From assembly GCA_963664695.1 (NCBI GenBank), contig OY761543.1, forward strand, positions 957,799-1,021,798: a stretch of 64,000 bases of DNA. The letters run 5' to 3'. The DNA is from Dehalococcoidia bacterium (GTDB lineage: Bacteria; Chloroflexota; Dehalococcoidia; Lucifugimonadales; Lucifugimonadaceae). Position numbers and translations under genes: made by a program. Shown piece after piece: positions 39,801 through 48,717 of the stretch (position 1 is its first letter; every line of letters starts with the position of its first letter). The notes beneath the pieces are model-generated. The model made no database searches. It was not told where the DNA came from and was given only the letters and a program-made list of their open reading frames with translations.

Positions 39801-39984
39801 ACGCCGAAAGGCTTTCGACATAACGTCGTTGTCCCTCAGCGTAGACCGTGTCGAACGCTAAACTGCTCTTTCCGGAACCCGAAACACCAGTTACGACGAC
39901 CAATTTGTCGCGCGGGATACGAACATCAATGTTCTTCAAGTTGTGTTCGCGTGCGCCGCGCACGACGATTTCGTTATCAGACAT
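36799..39984 (-). CDS. uvrA: Excinuclease ABC subunit A (UvrA) with an extra C-terminal tail of about 70 aa
   Basis: The 1061-aa ORF has [14 protein letters not shown], two ABC modules ([34 protein letters not shown]) and Zn-finger cysteines. After ...YTGLYLREI it continues into an acidic stretch and then [16 protein letters not shown]. Confidence 0.97.
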   Translation of the reverse strand: MSDNEIVVRGAREHNLKNIDVRIPRDKLVVVTGVSGSGKSSLAFDTVYAEGQRRYVESLSAYARQFLGRLEKPEVDHIDGLSPSISIDQKGVSRNPRSTVGTVTEIYDYLRLLFARAGRPHCRNCGQPVQRQTVQQIVDSIMRLDEGSRLLLLAPVVKHKKGEHTAIFESARRSGFVRARVDGEVVELNEEITLNKNKWHNIEIVVDRIIVRDTTERERLTQSVETALRTAEGMLTVAVLNPTERLIEELSSGAKSAVAAGTINKQRRRKKQENLSQDIAYSEQFACPDCDISMSELEPRNFSFNTPFGACSDCSGIGYRLEIDPDLVLPNKAIALEDGAVAPWSRDGKNSQWAWGPLNALNEHFQVPLDKPVSELEPEHLKLILYGSGRKKVQLTHRTSSGAVFSWKGQIEGVIPNLQRRHSNTESENVRNDIERYMSQRRCNTCDGDRLKPDALAVTLLGMNIMQVTRQSVATALQWVDACRNGKWTDDERPITEVLTGRELSIADQILKEIESRLGFLARVGLEYLTLDRSAGSLSGGEGQRIRLATQIGSGLMGVLYVCDEPSVGLHPHDGDRLIATLKSLRDVGNTVLIVEHDEAVMRAADHIVDLGPGAGEHGGHVVAEGDIEAIMLAERSITGEYLSGRKEIATPNERRKKGDPALKVIGARANNLKNVNVEIPLGVFVCVTGVSGSGKSTLVNEIVLKRLAQHFYRAKDRPGPHDDVFGLPLIDKVINIDQSAIGRTPRSNPATYTGVFTPIRDLFASMPEARARGYTPGRFSFNVRGGRCEACSGAGYTQIEMQFLPDVTVPCEVCEGARYNREALEILFKGASISDVLNMTVTEAHALFENIPTIANKLRTLIDVGLGYIHLGQPATTLSGGEAQRIKLSSELSKRSTGQTLYILDEPTTGLSFDDADKLLTVLHRLVDNGNTVLLIEHHLDLIKNADWIIDLGPHAGDDGGELVAVGTPEFIASVDRSYTGLYLREISGIVPDESAEGSDVSESGVNGVHDAELTNGRTEIKIADILDEHPDLGVAPKPSRNGARTRGRRRRRRTAGRRS

Positions 39985-40131
39985 CTAGTTCGGGCTCAAT
40001 CTCGAAACATGCGACCCAGTCGCGATTTCCCGCCACCAGTTAGCGGGATCGATCAAAAGGATGCAATTACTCGATTCTAGAGTAAGTTCCTCCCACTGTC
40101 TCGATGCGAGGTTCTCGCACCCATGCCTAAT

Positions 40132-40932
40132 TTAGTAATGGATTGCGGTTCCGACGCCGCCACCAGCTGCGATGCCGTCTCCGTTGATTGCAACAGCTTT
40201 TGGTGAGGCGACGAACGCAACGATGTATGCGATTTCCCGCGCATCGATGATTCGTCGCGACGAATTGCTCTCCGACATCTCTTCCAGAATTGCCTCTACC
40301 GAAACTCCGCGCTGTTTCGCGCGTGCCGCGGCTACGCCGGCTGTCGCTTCCGTCCGAGTTGCGCCCGGATGGATTACCACGCTGTTGATGCCATGCGGAC
40401 CCAATTCATCTGCTAGGTTTTTCGTGAGAGCCGAGACAGCAACGTTCCGCATCGAACCCACCGCTGACCCGCTTGAGCGCGACGCGAGACCACTGATGTT
40501 GATGATGCGTCCCGATCCTCGCTGCTTCATGATTGGTGCTACAGCTCTTGCGCACCTTAGATATCCCAGCACCTTAGTGTTGATGTCATCGTTGAACGCC
40601 TCGTCCGTCACGCCTTCGATTCCCGGGACGCGAGCCTGACCCAGCGGTCGAGCGGCGTTGTTGACCAAGATGTCGATGCCGCCCAACTGAAAATTCGCCC
40701 GTGCAACCATGGCGTCAACCGAGGCCGTGTCCGACGTATTGCACTCAATCGCAAATATGTCACGACCAGTGTCTGCGGCGATATCTTTCGCGGTCGCTTC
40801 TAGAGCATCTACGTTGCGCGCGCAGATCGCCACATTGCACCCCTCGCGCGCCAACTCCCAAGCGATCGCCTTGCCAATCCCACGGCTGCCTCCAGTAACA
40901 ACAGCCGACTTTCCATCAAGTTCAAGATTCAC
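40132..40932 (-). CDS. SDR-fold oxidoreductase-like protein with no recognisable YxxxK catalytic motif
   Basis: The 266-aa ORF has VTGGSRGIGKAIA and VNNAA. At the expected S-x12-Y-x3-K position the sequence reads NISGLASRSSGSAVGSMRNVAVSALTK. Confidence 0.75.
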   Translation of the reverse strand: MNLELDGKSAVVTGGSRGIGKAIAWELAREGCNVAICARNVDALEATAKDIAADTGRDIFAIECNTSDTASVDAMVARANFQLGGIDILVNNAARPLGQARVPGIEGVTDEAFNDDINTKVLGYLRCARAVAPIMKQRGSGRIINISGLASRSSGSAVGSMRNVAVSALTKNLADELGPHGINSVVIHPGATRTEATAGVAAARAKQRGVSVEAILEEMSESNSSRRIIDAREIAYIVAFVASPKAVAINGDGIAAGGGVGTAIHY

Positions 40933-40969
40933 GGAGGTCCACTCCCTTTCAGATTGCGCCCGGCATTAG

Positions 40970-42418
40970 TTACTCAACGATCGCCGGTCGGCGCCGCCAA
41001 AATTCCGTCGCACTTTCAAAGGCATGCGCCATCTGCAACACCGAGAAGTCGGCTTTCTGGCGACCCACTATCTGCAGACCAGCCGGTAATCCGTCGGCGT
41101 CGAAACCACTCGGGACCGAAATCGCCGGCAGTCCTGTAACTGTGATTGACGAACATGGCGACATCCACTCAAGGTAGTTCGCCAATGGTTTGCCGGCGAC
41201 CTCGGTCGGATACTCCTCATCAGCGGAAAAAGGTGGAACGGAGGTCACTGGCAACATCAGGAAATCGTATCGACTCATGAAATCAGCCATTCGCACATAC
41301 AGCGCGGTACGCCGTTCCTCGGCCTTCTTTACATCCAATGCCGAGATTCGCGCACCTTCCTCCGCGTTCCAAATTATCGTTTCCTTGACCAACTCTCGAT
41401 GGTCGCGAATATTCGCCTCATGCTGATGTGCAAATATCGCCGCCCTCAGCACATGGAATATCTCACTGGCATCCTCTAACGGCGGTTCCGCATCCTCCAC
41501 GACGCAACCCAGGTCTTCGAAAACCTGACGTTGCGCGTCCAGCGTTTTAGTGATCACCAGATCAATCGGTGCGCCACCAACATTCCGGCTCCAAGCGATT
41601 CGCGCCCCGCCAAAATCGCGCTCTAGCGGTTCGCCAAAAACCGAGCCCGGTTGCATCAGAGAATTCGGTACCCTCGGGTCCGGCCCCGCCAACGCGGTCA
41701 ATTGAAGAGCGACGTCCTTTACCGTGCTTGCCATTCCACCGGTAACCGACTCGGACGTGTAGCCGAGCGGCGCCGGATGTACCGGCACGGTCCCGATGCT
41801 GTTTCTCATCCCGACAACGTTTGACCAAGCTGCCGGATTCCTCAAGGAGCCACCAAAATCCGATCCTTGTGCTATCGGCATCATCCCACAGGCCAAAGCT
41901 ACTGATGCCCCACCGCTGCTCCCACCACATGTCTTCGTGAGATCGTACGGGTTGAGCGTCGTCCCAAAAACCTCGTTGAACGTCTGCGATCCGGCACCGA
42001 ATTCCGGAGTGTTCGTTTTGCCGATAACGATGGCCCCGGCCGCTTTGTAGCGTTGAACTGTAAGCGAATCCTCGTTCGGCACGAAATTCTCGAAAATCGG
42101 CGAACCGTAGGTGGTCCGAATGCCGGCCGTAGGTTGTAGATCTTTGATACCCACCGGAAGACCATGCAGTGGCCCAAGATTGTCGGCTCCAACCTTAGTC
42201 AAAGTTCTGTCAGCCTCGGCCGCCTTTTTCAACAACACATCCCCATCGAGCAACGTCACAATTGCGTTCACAGTGGGATTGATGCGCTCGATCTGATTAA
42301 GGTGTGCAGCCATCACCTCTCGTGCCGAAACATCTCGGTTGCGAATCCATGCCGCGATGTCATTAGCGGTCGCGAAACACAGATTTCCGGCGTCGGTTGG
42401 TACGTTGTTCACCACCAA
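40970..42418 (-). CDS. Amidase-signature (AS) family amidase
   Basis: The 482-aa ORF has the AS signature GGSSGGASVALA and the upstream GKTNTPEFG. Its start overlaps the cysteine synthase stop by 10 nt. Confidence 0.88.
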   Translation of the reverse strand: MVVNNVPTDAGNLCFATANDIAAWIRNRDVSAREVMAAHLNQIERINPTVNAIVTLLDGDVLLKKAAEADRTLTKVGADNLGPLHGLPVGIKDLQPTAGIRTTYGSPIFENFVPNEDSLTVQRYKAAGAIVIGKTNTPEFGAGSQTFNEVFGTTLNPYDLTKTCGGSSGGASVALACGMMPIAQGSDFGGSLRNPAAWSNVVGMRNSIGTVPVHPAPLGYTSESVTGGMASTVKDVALQLTALAGPDPRVPNSLMQPGSVFGEPLERDFGGARIAWSRNVGGAPIDLVITKTLDAQRQVFEDLGCVVEDAEPPLEDASEIFHVLRAAIFAHQHEANIRDHRELVKETIIWNAEEGARISALDVKKAEERRTALYVRMADFMSRYDFLMLPVTSVPPFSADEEYPTEVAGKPLANYLEWMSPCSSITVTGLPAISVPSGFDADGLPAGLQIVGRQKADFSVLQMAHAFESATEFWRRRPAIVE

Positions 42419-43371
42419 GTTTGTCCTTCCACCTCATTCTGGATATCGCTCCAATCGCGCGTGTAGATGCCTGTAGAGAGATATTTCCAGCCACCATCAG
42501 CGAACAGCATTACAATCGTCCCGCTCTCCAATCGTCGCGCCGCCCTGATCGCGCTCGCCAAAACCGCACCCGAAGAGACACCCACAAAAATACCGGCATC
42601 CAGTAATAGCTTCTTGGTCCAGTAAAACGACTCTTCGGCCTCGACCATGATCCTGGCATCAAGCGCATCGAGGTCGAGGATCGGCGGAATAAATCCATGC
42701 TCGATGGACCGCAAACCCTGAACCTTGTCGTCGGGATGCGGTGCGGCGGCGACGATTTTTATGTCTGGATTGTGTTCGCGGAGGGCGCGGCCTACGCCCA
42801 TGAGGGTGCCACCCGTGCCGAGGCCGGCGACGAACATGTCAACATCAGGAACGACACGGGCGATTTCGGGCCCGGTGGTTTTGTAGTGGGCATTGGGGTT
42901 TGCGCGGTTGCCATATTGATACGGCATGAACCACGAGGGGTTTTCGTGGGCGAGTTCCTTCGCGACGTTAATCGACTCGTTGGTGCCTTTTTCAGCGGCG
43001 GAGAATACGATCTCAGCGCCGAAGCCTTCGAGAAGTTGGACGCGTTCGGAGCTGACGCTCTCGGGCATGACGACCTTGACTTCGTAGCCGCGCAGGCTTC
43101 CGATCATCGCGAGACCGATGCCGGTGTTGCCGCTCGTTGGCTCTAGGATTACGCCGCCAGTCGAGCGGCTCAGCAGGCCGTCGTTTTCGGCTTGGTCGAT
43201 TAGGGAGAGCGCGACACGATCTTTGACGCTGCCTGTCGGGTTATCGGACTCTAGCTTTGCGAGAAGGCGGACTTCGGACTTGGGGCTGAATTGAGAGATG
43301 TCGACAACAGGCGTGTTGCCGATTTCGTGTGTGACATCGCGAGCTACAAGGCCGCGTTCCGCGAGTTGCAT
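42409..43371 (-). CDS. PLP-dependent cysteine synthase (CysK/CysM family)
   Basis: The 320-aa ORF has NPTGSVKDR (PLP lysine), EPTSGNTGIGLA and GLGTGGTLMG. The codon style changes abruptly at about codon 216 (see findings). Confidence 0.88.
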   Translation of the reverse strand: MQLAERGLVARDVTHEIGNTPVVDISQFSPKSEVRLLAKLESDNPTGSVKDRVALSLIDQAENDGLLSRSTGGVILEPTSGNTGIGLAMIGSLRGYEVKVVMPESVSSERVQLLEGFGAEIVFSAAEKGTNESINVAKELAHENPSWFMPYQYGNRANPNAHYKTTGPEIARVVPDVDMFVAGLGTGGTLMGVGRALREHNPDIKIVAAAPHPDDKVQGLRSIEHGFIPPILDLDALDARIMVEAEESFYWTKKLLLDAGIFVGVSSGAVLASAIRAARRLESGTIVMLFADGGWKYLSTGIYTRDWSDIQNEVEGQTWW

Positions 43372-43410
43372 TATTGGTGGCCTTCCCTCACCTGGCGCGA
43401 TGAGTTGGGG

Positions 43411-44304
43411 TTAGGCAACTGCCTGCGGCGGAGCGATGCCGCAGAAAATCTCGTAGTCGATGAGTTCGGTGACTTCCGGATCGTCACCGCAAAGTTTGCA
43501 ATCCGGGTTGCGGCGCACTTTGATCTCTCGGAACTCCATGGTCAAGGCGTCGATGATGAGCATTCGTCCGGCGAGAGTTTCGCCGATGTTCATTGCGACC
43601 TTGATGGTTTCTAAGGCTTGGATGGATCCTACGAGTCCGGGGAGCGCTCCGATGACACCTGCTTCTGCGCAGTTGGGGACTTCGCCGGGGGGCGGAGGGT
43701 CAGGGAAAAGGCAGCGGTAGCAACCTTGACCGGGGATGTACGTGGTTGCTTGACCGTCGAAGACGAGGATTGCGCCGTCGACGAGGGGCTTGCCGGCTAG
43801 GTATGCGGCGTCGTTTACGAGGTATCGGGTTGCGAAATTATCCGCGCCGTTTACTACGATGTCGTAGTTTGGAATGATGTCCATCGCGTTATCCGCGTTA
43901 ATGGGTTCCTCGTGGATGATGACGTTGACTTCGGGGTTGTGGGCTTGGAGGGTTTCCTTGGCCGATTCAACCTTGCGGCGTCCGACATCGGCGTCGGAGT
44001 GGAGAATCTGGCGTTGGAGGTTGCTGACGTCGACGACATCGAAGTCGACGATGCCAATGGTGCCCACTCCTGCGAGCGCGAGGTAAAGAGATACCGGAGA
44101 CCCGAGTCCGCCCGCGCCGATGACGAGGACTTTTGCGCCTACGAGGGCGCGCTGTCCGGCGCTGCCGACGTTGGGCATGATCAGATGTCGGCTGTATCTT
44201 TGTACCTGGGCCGGGGTTAGTGGAGGCGCGGCGGTTGCGCTACCGTTGACTGATCCATTTGTGCTCTGCATGGGAACGACCTTCGATTCGCTCGATTTTG
44301 ACAT
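43411..44304 (-). CDS. moeB: ThiF/MoeB/HesA-family E1-like adenylyltransferase (no rhodanese domain)
   Basis: The 297-aa ORF has RYSRHLIMP, GAGGLGSPVSLYLA (nucleotide loop), CYRC and CKLCG (zinc site). Confidence 0.8.
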   Translation of the reverse strand: MSKSSESKVVPMQSTNGSVNGSATAAPPLTPAQVQRYSRHLIMPNVGSAGQRALVGAKVLVIGAGGLGSPVSLYLALAGVGTIGIVDFDVVDVSNLQRQILHSDADVGRRKVESAKETLQAHNPEVNVIIHEEPINADNAMDIIPNYDIVVNGADNFATRYLVNDAAYLAGKPLVDGAILVFDGQATTYIPGQGCYRCLFPDPPPPGEVPNCAEAGVIGALPGLVGSIQALETIKVAMNIGETLAGRMLIIDALTMEFREIKVRRNPDCKLCGDDPEVTELIDYEIFCGIAPPQAVA

Positions 44305-44457
44305 CTACCGTCGCAAATTCTGAATAATCTGGTGCGTTGAGGTTTCTTGCGATGCTATGCGTGATTCTATCGCAAAGCCGTGTTGCGATTGCCGATTAGG
44401 TTGTCACTTGCGTCATCGGCTGATCGGGTACCAACCATTCGGAAATCTGATCAAGGG

Positions 44458-44913
44458 TTAGTTAGGACTTCCGACCTCTAGGGCCAATTCTTGGATGCCC
44501 TGCAGCTCGTGTTGCTTCTTAACCAAATCCGCGATCTTGATGCGGAACAAATAGTCAAGCAACATTTTCTCGACATCGCCCCAAAGTTCTCGTTGCGAAC
44601 ATGCCGCAGAGATAAGGCAAGCGGTAGGTTCCGACAGACAATCGATCGCGGCGAAACTGTGGTCAACGCAATCGACGACCTTGCCAACGGTGATCTCCGA
44701 TGCAGAAAGCGCCAAACGAACTCCGCCGCCGGGACCTCTTCGGGACTCGATCAGACCTGAACGCACGAGGTCGGCTGAGATACGCAGTAAGTAAGGTTCA
44801 GGGATGTGTTGCTGCTGAGCGATGGTGGATGTTGACGTGAGACCACCTTCCGGCTGCATTGCCAGAAATACGAGCATGCGGACAGCATAGTCCACTTTCA
44901 TCGGAATCAGCAT
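44458..44913 (-). CDS. Rrf2-family transcriptional regulator (IscR/CymR-like)
   Basis: The 151-aa ORF has a winged helix (VDYAVRMLVFLA...) and a C-x-C-rich region, CVDHSFAAIDCLSEPTACLISAAC. An alternative start is ATG 44901 (MKVDYAVR). Confidence 0.85.
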   Translation of the reverse strand: MLIPMKVDYAVRMLVFLAMQPEGGLTSTSTIAQQQHIPEPYLLRISADLVRSGLIESRRGPGGGVRLALSASEITVGKVVDCVDHSFAAIDCLSEPTACLISAACSQRELWGDVEKMLLDYLFRIKIADLVKKQHELQGIQELALEVGSPN

Positions 44914-45191
44914 GGCGGGAAACCAAACGGGGGTACGGCGCCGCTAAAGATGTTCGCCGTGAGTTGAGACGAATCGCCAGATCGACGCTCCAACTTTCTG
45001 ATGTCGCAAGTATACCAATCATTAGACTGAACCCACTTTAGGCGTAAGAGAGTTGGAAAGTCGGCACCTTGAGATTAGAATCGAAGTTTGTCGCACCTTC
45101 AATGGATCGCGTCGTTGTTCACAAGAAAACGCGTATTCAATTCGATACGTAACGCCCAAACAATCAACCCCGCAACGGGAGTAACCGAAAA

Positions 45192-45851
45192 ATGGCCGAC
45201 CTGGTGCTGCAAGCCGACACTCGAACCACGATGGGCAAAAAGAATCGCGCCCTCCGGGCACAAGGCATCATTCCGATCCACGTGTACGGGCTCAAAGAGG
45301 CTCCACTTTCACTCCAAGCTGAAAGTCGACGGTTGATAAACGTAGTTCGTGAAGCCGGCAGGACGACTCCTGTAATTGTTGAATCGGTCGCCGGAAACCA
45401 GGACGTCACTTTAGTTCGCGAAGTGGCGACTCATCCCGTATCCGGAGATGTGCTTCACGTCGATTTTCTACGCGTTGATGTGACCCAAACCGTCGAAGCC
45501 CCAGTCCCGGTAGTGCTAATAAATCAAGAGGAAGCTACTGGCACACGCGGAGGAGCAGGTTTTGTGACCCAAGGCGTTTACGAGGTTGTGCTCGCAGCTC
45601 GTCCTGGTAGCATCCCAAGCGAACTTCAGGCAGACTGCTCGGTACTCGATTCTCTTGACGTCGCCATCTTGGCATCCGAACTACCATTGCCACCCGACGC
45701 GGCGTTAGCCAGCGACCCCGACGAACGCATAGCGTGGATACAACCGCCGCGTGTCATCGTTGAAGATGAAGAAGAGGACGAAGGACTAGAAGGTGAAGAG
45801 GGTGAAGACGAAGGCGAGACGAGTGAAGACGACGAGGAGTCGACTTCTTAG
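45192..45851 (+). CDS. rplY: 50S ribosomal protein L25 / Ctc form with acidic C-terminal tail
   Basis: The 219-aa ORF has MADLVLQADTRTTMGKKNRALRAQGIIPIHVYG and an E/D-rich C-terminus. Confidence 0.88.
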   Translation: MADLVLQADTRTTMGKKNRALRAQGIIPIHVYGLKEAPLSLQAESRRLINVVREAGRTTPVIVESVAGNQDVTLVREVATHPVSGDVLHVDFLRVDVTQTVEAPVPVVLINQEEATGTRGGAGFVTQGVYEVVLAARPGSIPSELQADCSVLDSLDVAILASELPLPPDAALASDPDERIAWIQPPRVIVEDEEEDEGLEGEEGEDEGETSEDDEESTS

Positions 45852-46182
45852 GCGCATTTCGTCGAAACAAGATTGTTCTTCGTCCATTCGAGTCGTCTGA
45901 AACAGTGCAATTGCAACCTTGCTAACTCAGACGCGGTCCATAAGGCGCCTTGCCTATCTGAACCACCGTGCGTAAGATTGAACGAGAAGCAATGAAGTGA
46001 ATCCCGTTGGGTAATCAACCGGGTTTACCCCGAAATATAGCCAATCTGGCAAACTACTGGGTGATTGACAATGCGTCAAGACTCCCAGATCGCACGAAAC
46101 CGGGGAAACCCATAGGTTCGACTGAACCATTACCGACGCGATTCAGACGCAGGTAACTGCGGCTACAACAAGGAGTCAATCC

Positions 46183-47712
46183 ATGAATCCTGCCCTCGTA
46201 GCCGGCCTAGCAAGCGTGTCTGCGTTGGTGTTTCTGGTTGTCGGCATGGCGATCGGCTATTGGGGCAATTCGCGCCTCAACTCTCGAGCCATCAGAGCGA
46301 CTGAGGATGCACTGACGCAACAGATTGAACAGGCGCGGACTCGCAGCAACGAGATTCTCAAAGAATCACAGCAAAGAGCAGAAGAATACAGGAAAGAAAT
46401 CGAGACCGAGAGGACGAATACGGCAAGACAGGCACGCCGCGATCGGCGTGACCTACAGCGAATCCAACGGAGGATCGACAGGTCCGCCGAAGAACTGAAC
46501 AACCAGCAAACTGAGCTGAAGGCGTTTGAATCACGATTAAAGCAAACGGATGAAGAACTTCGTGAACGGAGCGCTAACGAACTCGAACGGCTCTCAGGGA
46601 TGTCAAAAGAGTCCGCTCTCGAGATCCTGCTGAAACGCGCCGAGGACGAGAACGATTACGAGTTCAAGCGTCGATACCGCGAAGCGGAACTCAAATATCA
46701 AGACGATTCTGATGAACGCGCCAGAGAGATTCTCGCCGCGTCTATGCAGCGCCTGGCTTCAGATGTTGTCGGCGAAGCGTCGATGACGAGCATCCCGATC
46801 CCTTCCGAAGATGTCAAGGGACGTCTCATCGGTCGCGAAGGGCGCAACATTCGAGCGATCGAAGCCACTACCGGCGTCGATCTGCTCGTTGATGACACGC
46901 CCGATACAGTCGCCATATCGTGTTTCGACCCGATCCGACGCGAAGTCGCGCGCGTTGCATTGGTTAGATTGATCAAAGACGGCCGGATCCAACCCGCCAG
47001 AATCGAAGACGCGGTTCGAAAAGCGCAAAAAGAAGTGGATGTCGCAGTTCGTAAATCGGGCGAAGACGCGGTACTGGACGTCGGTATTAGAGGGCTCCAT
47101 CCCGAATTGACCAAGCTAATGGGGCGGCTCAAGTACCGTTATTCCTACGGTGAAAACGTGCTGCAACATTGCATCGAAGTTGGTCACTTTGCAGGCATGT
47201 TGGCTTCTCAGATTGGTGACAATGCTCAAGTAGCCAAGACGGCCGGATTCCTCCACGACATCGGAAAAGCACTGACTCATGAAGTCGAGGGACCTCACGC
47301 AGAAATCGGTGCCGACATCGCGGCGCAGTACGGGATCAGCGACAACATCGTGGTCGCAATTCGCGAACACCACGACCGCGAGATGACGACGCACGCATCG
47401 TTCATCGTCGCTGCGGCGGATGCCATCAGCGCAGCCAGGCCGGGGGCACGCAACGACAGCAATGAAAACTACCTAAAACGATTGAACGAACTCGAGGGAG
47501 TTGCCAGGGGATTCGATGGCGTCCGACGGGTCTTCGCGATACAAGCCGGACGGGAAGTGCGTGTTTTGGTAGATCCCGAAAAACTCAACGATGCGGAAGC
47601 CAGCTATCTTTCGAACGACATCGCAAAGGCGATCGAGAAGCGACTCCAATACCCCGGTCTCATCAGGGTGGTGGTCATCCGCGAATCCCGCGCGGAGGCG
47701 GTTGCGAGTTGA
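46183..47712 (+). CDS. rny: Ribonuclease Y
   Basis: The 509-aa ORF has an N-terminal TM helix, a coiled coil, a KH domain (GRLIGREGRNIRAIE) and an HD domain (FLHDIGKAL). Confidence 0.93.
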   Translation: MNPALVAGLASVSALVFLVVGMAIGYWGNSRLNSRAIRATEDALTQQIEQARTRSNEILKESQQRAEEYRKEIETERTNTARQARRDRRDLQRIQRRIDRSAEELNNQQTELKAFESRLKQTDEELRERSANELERLSGMSKESALEILLKRAEDENDYEFKRRYREAELKYQDDSDERAREILAASMQRLASDVVGEASMTSIPIPSEDVKGRLIGREGRNIRAIEATTGVDLLVDDTPDTVAISCFDPIRREVARVALVRLIKDGRIQPARIEDAVRKAQKEVDVAVRKSGEDAVLDVGIRGLHPELTKLMGRLKYRYSYGENVLQHCIEVGHFAGMLASQIGDNAQVAKTAGFLHDIGKALTHEVEGPHAEIGADIAAQYGISDNIVVAIREHHDREMTTHASFIVAAADAISAARPGARNDSNENYLKRLNELEGVARGFDGVRRVFAIQAGREVRVLVDPEKLNDAEASYLSNDIAKAIEKRLQYPGLIRVVVIRESRAEAVAS

Positions 47713-47767
47713 ACCAGATGGTCACGTCGTGCCGGAAATGAATCAGAACGCTTAGACCCGCAAATCG

Positions 47768-48706
47768 ATGACGCCTTCTGACACTGGTGCGCGGCATGAC
47801 CCCGACGCATTGTTGGTGGGCGCTCCTAAATGGCCGGTGCAAGAGGATTTGCACCTGCACACCAACGCCTCGGACTGCGTAAAGTCTCCTGCCGAAATCG
47901 TGGAGATTGTCAGCAAATCGTCGCTGCGATTGTTCGCCATCACCGACCACGACACTACATCGGGATTGGACGAGGCCGAAGCCGCGAGCGAACTGCATCC
48001 TGACATCACGTTCATCCCGGGCATTGAATTGAGCGCAGAAGTCAATGGCGATGAAATCCATCTAACTTGCCATTTCATCGACCGTCACAACGAAAGACTG
48101 CAAACCGAGCTTTCGGCGCTCCTTCAGGATCGTGAGAAGAAAGCTGAGCAGATCGTCCAACGCCTAAGCGACATCGGGTTACCAGTGTCTTGGGACGAAG
48201 TGATTGCCAACGCGGACGGAGCGATCGGTCGACCTCATATCGCCAGGGCCATGATCTCGAGGGGATATGTGGAAACGGTCTCTGATGCGTTCTCTCGCTA
48301 CCTGTCGCCGGGCAGACCGGCATATGTTGCGCGACGTAAACTCGAAGGCACCAACGCGCTCGAGTTGGTTCACGATGCTGGAGGCGTCGCAACGGTTGCC
48401 CACCCGCGGACCGTCGACAACATCGATGCAACGTTGGCAACGTTGACGCCGCATGGGCTCGCTGGAATCGAAGTGTACGCCGAGAAATATGGTAGCGACA
48501 GGATCGGACGGTATGCAACTCTTGCCGAGCGTTATGACTTAATCAAATCCGGCGGCTCAGACTACCACGCGAACGACACAGTCAATGAAATCCTGCCCGG
48601 TATGAATGGCCCACCTCCCGGCACTGTCCGAGACTTGTACCAACGCGCAGTCGACATGCACGGCATCGACGGCGTTGGTTATCAACTTGACCAATCCAAG
48701 TTGTGA
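47768..48706 (+). CDS. PHP-domain metal-dependent phosphoesterase (TrpH/YciV-like)
   Basis: The 312-aa ORF has DLHLHTNASD, ITDHDT, AHP and GGSDYH motifs. Confidence 0.8.
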   Translation: MTPSDTGARHDPDALLVGAPKWPVQEDLHLHTNASDCVKSPAEIVEIVSKSSLRLFAITDHDTTSGLDEAEAASELHPDITFIPGIELSAEVNGDEIHLTCHFIDRHNERLQTELSALLQDREKKAEQIVQRLSDIGLPVSWDEVIANADGAIGRPHIARAMISRGYVETVSDAFSRYLSPGRPAYVARRKLEGTNALELVHDAGGVATVAHPRTVDNIDATLATLTPHGLAGIEVYAEKYGSDRIGRYATLAERYDLIKSGGSDYHANDTVNEILPGMNGPPPGTVRDLYQRAVDMHGIDGVGYQLDQSKL

Positions 48707-48717
48707 AGACCTCATAG

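Noticed and set aside
43372-44457. I searched for a small ThiS/MoaD/CysO-like sulfur-carrier ORF ending in GG next to moeB and the cysteine synthase gene.
   Set aside because: The spacers (39 nt and 153 nt) hold no such ORF in any frame that I could read. The carrier, if any, must be elsewhere.
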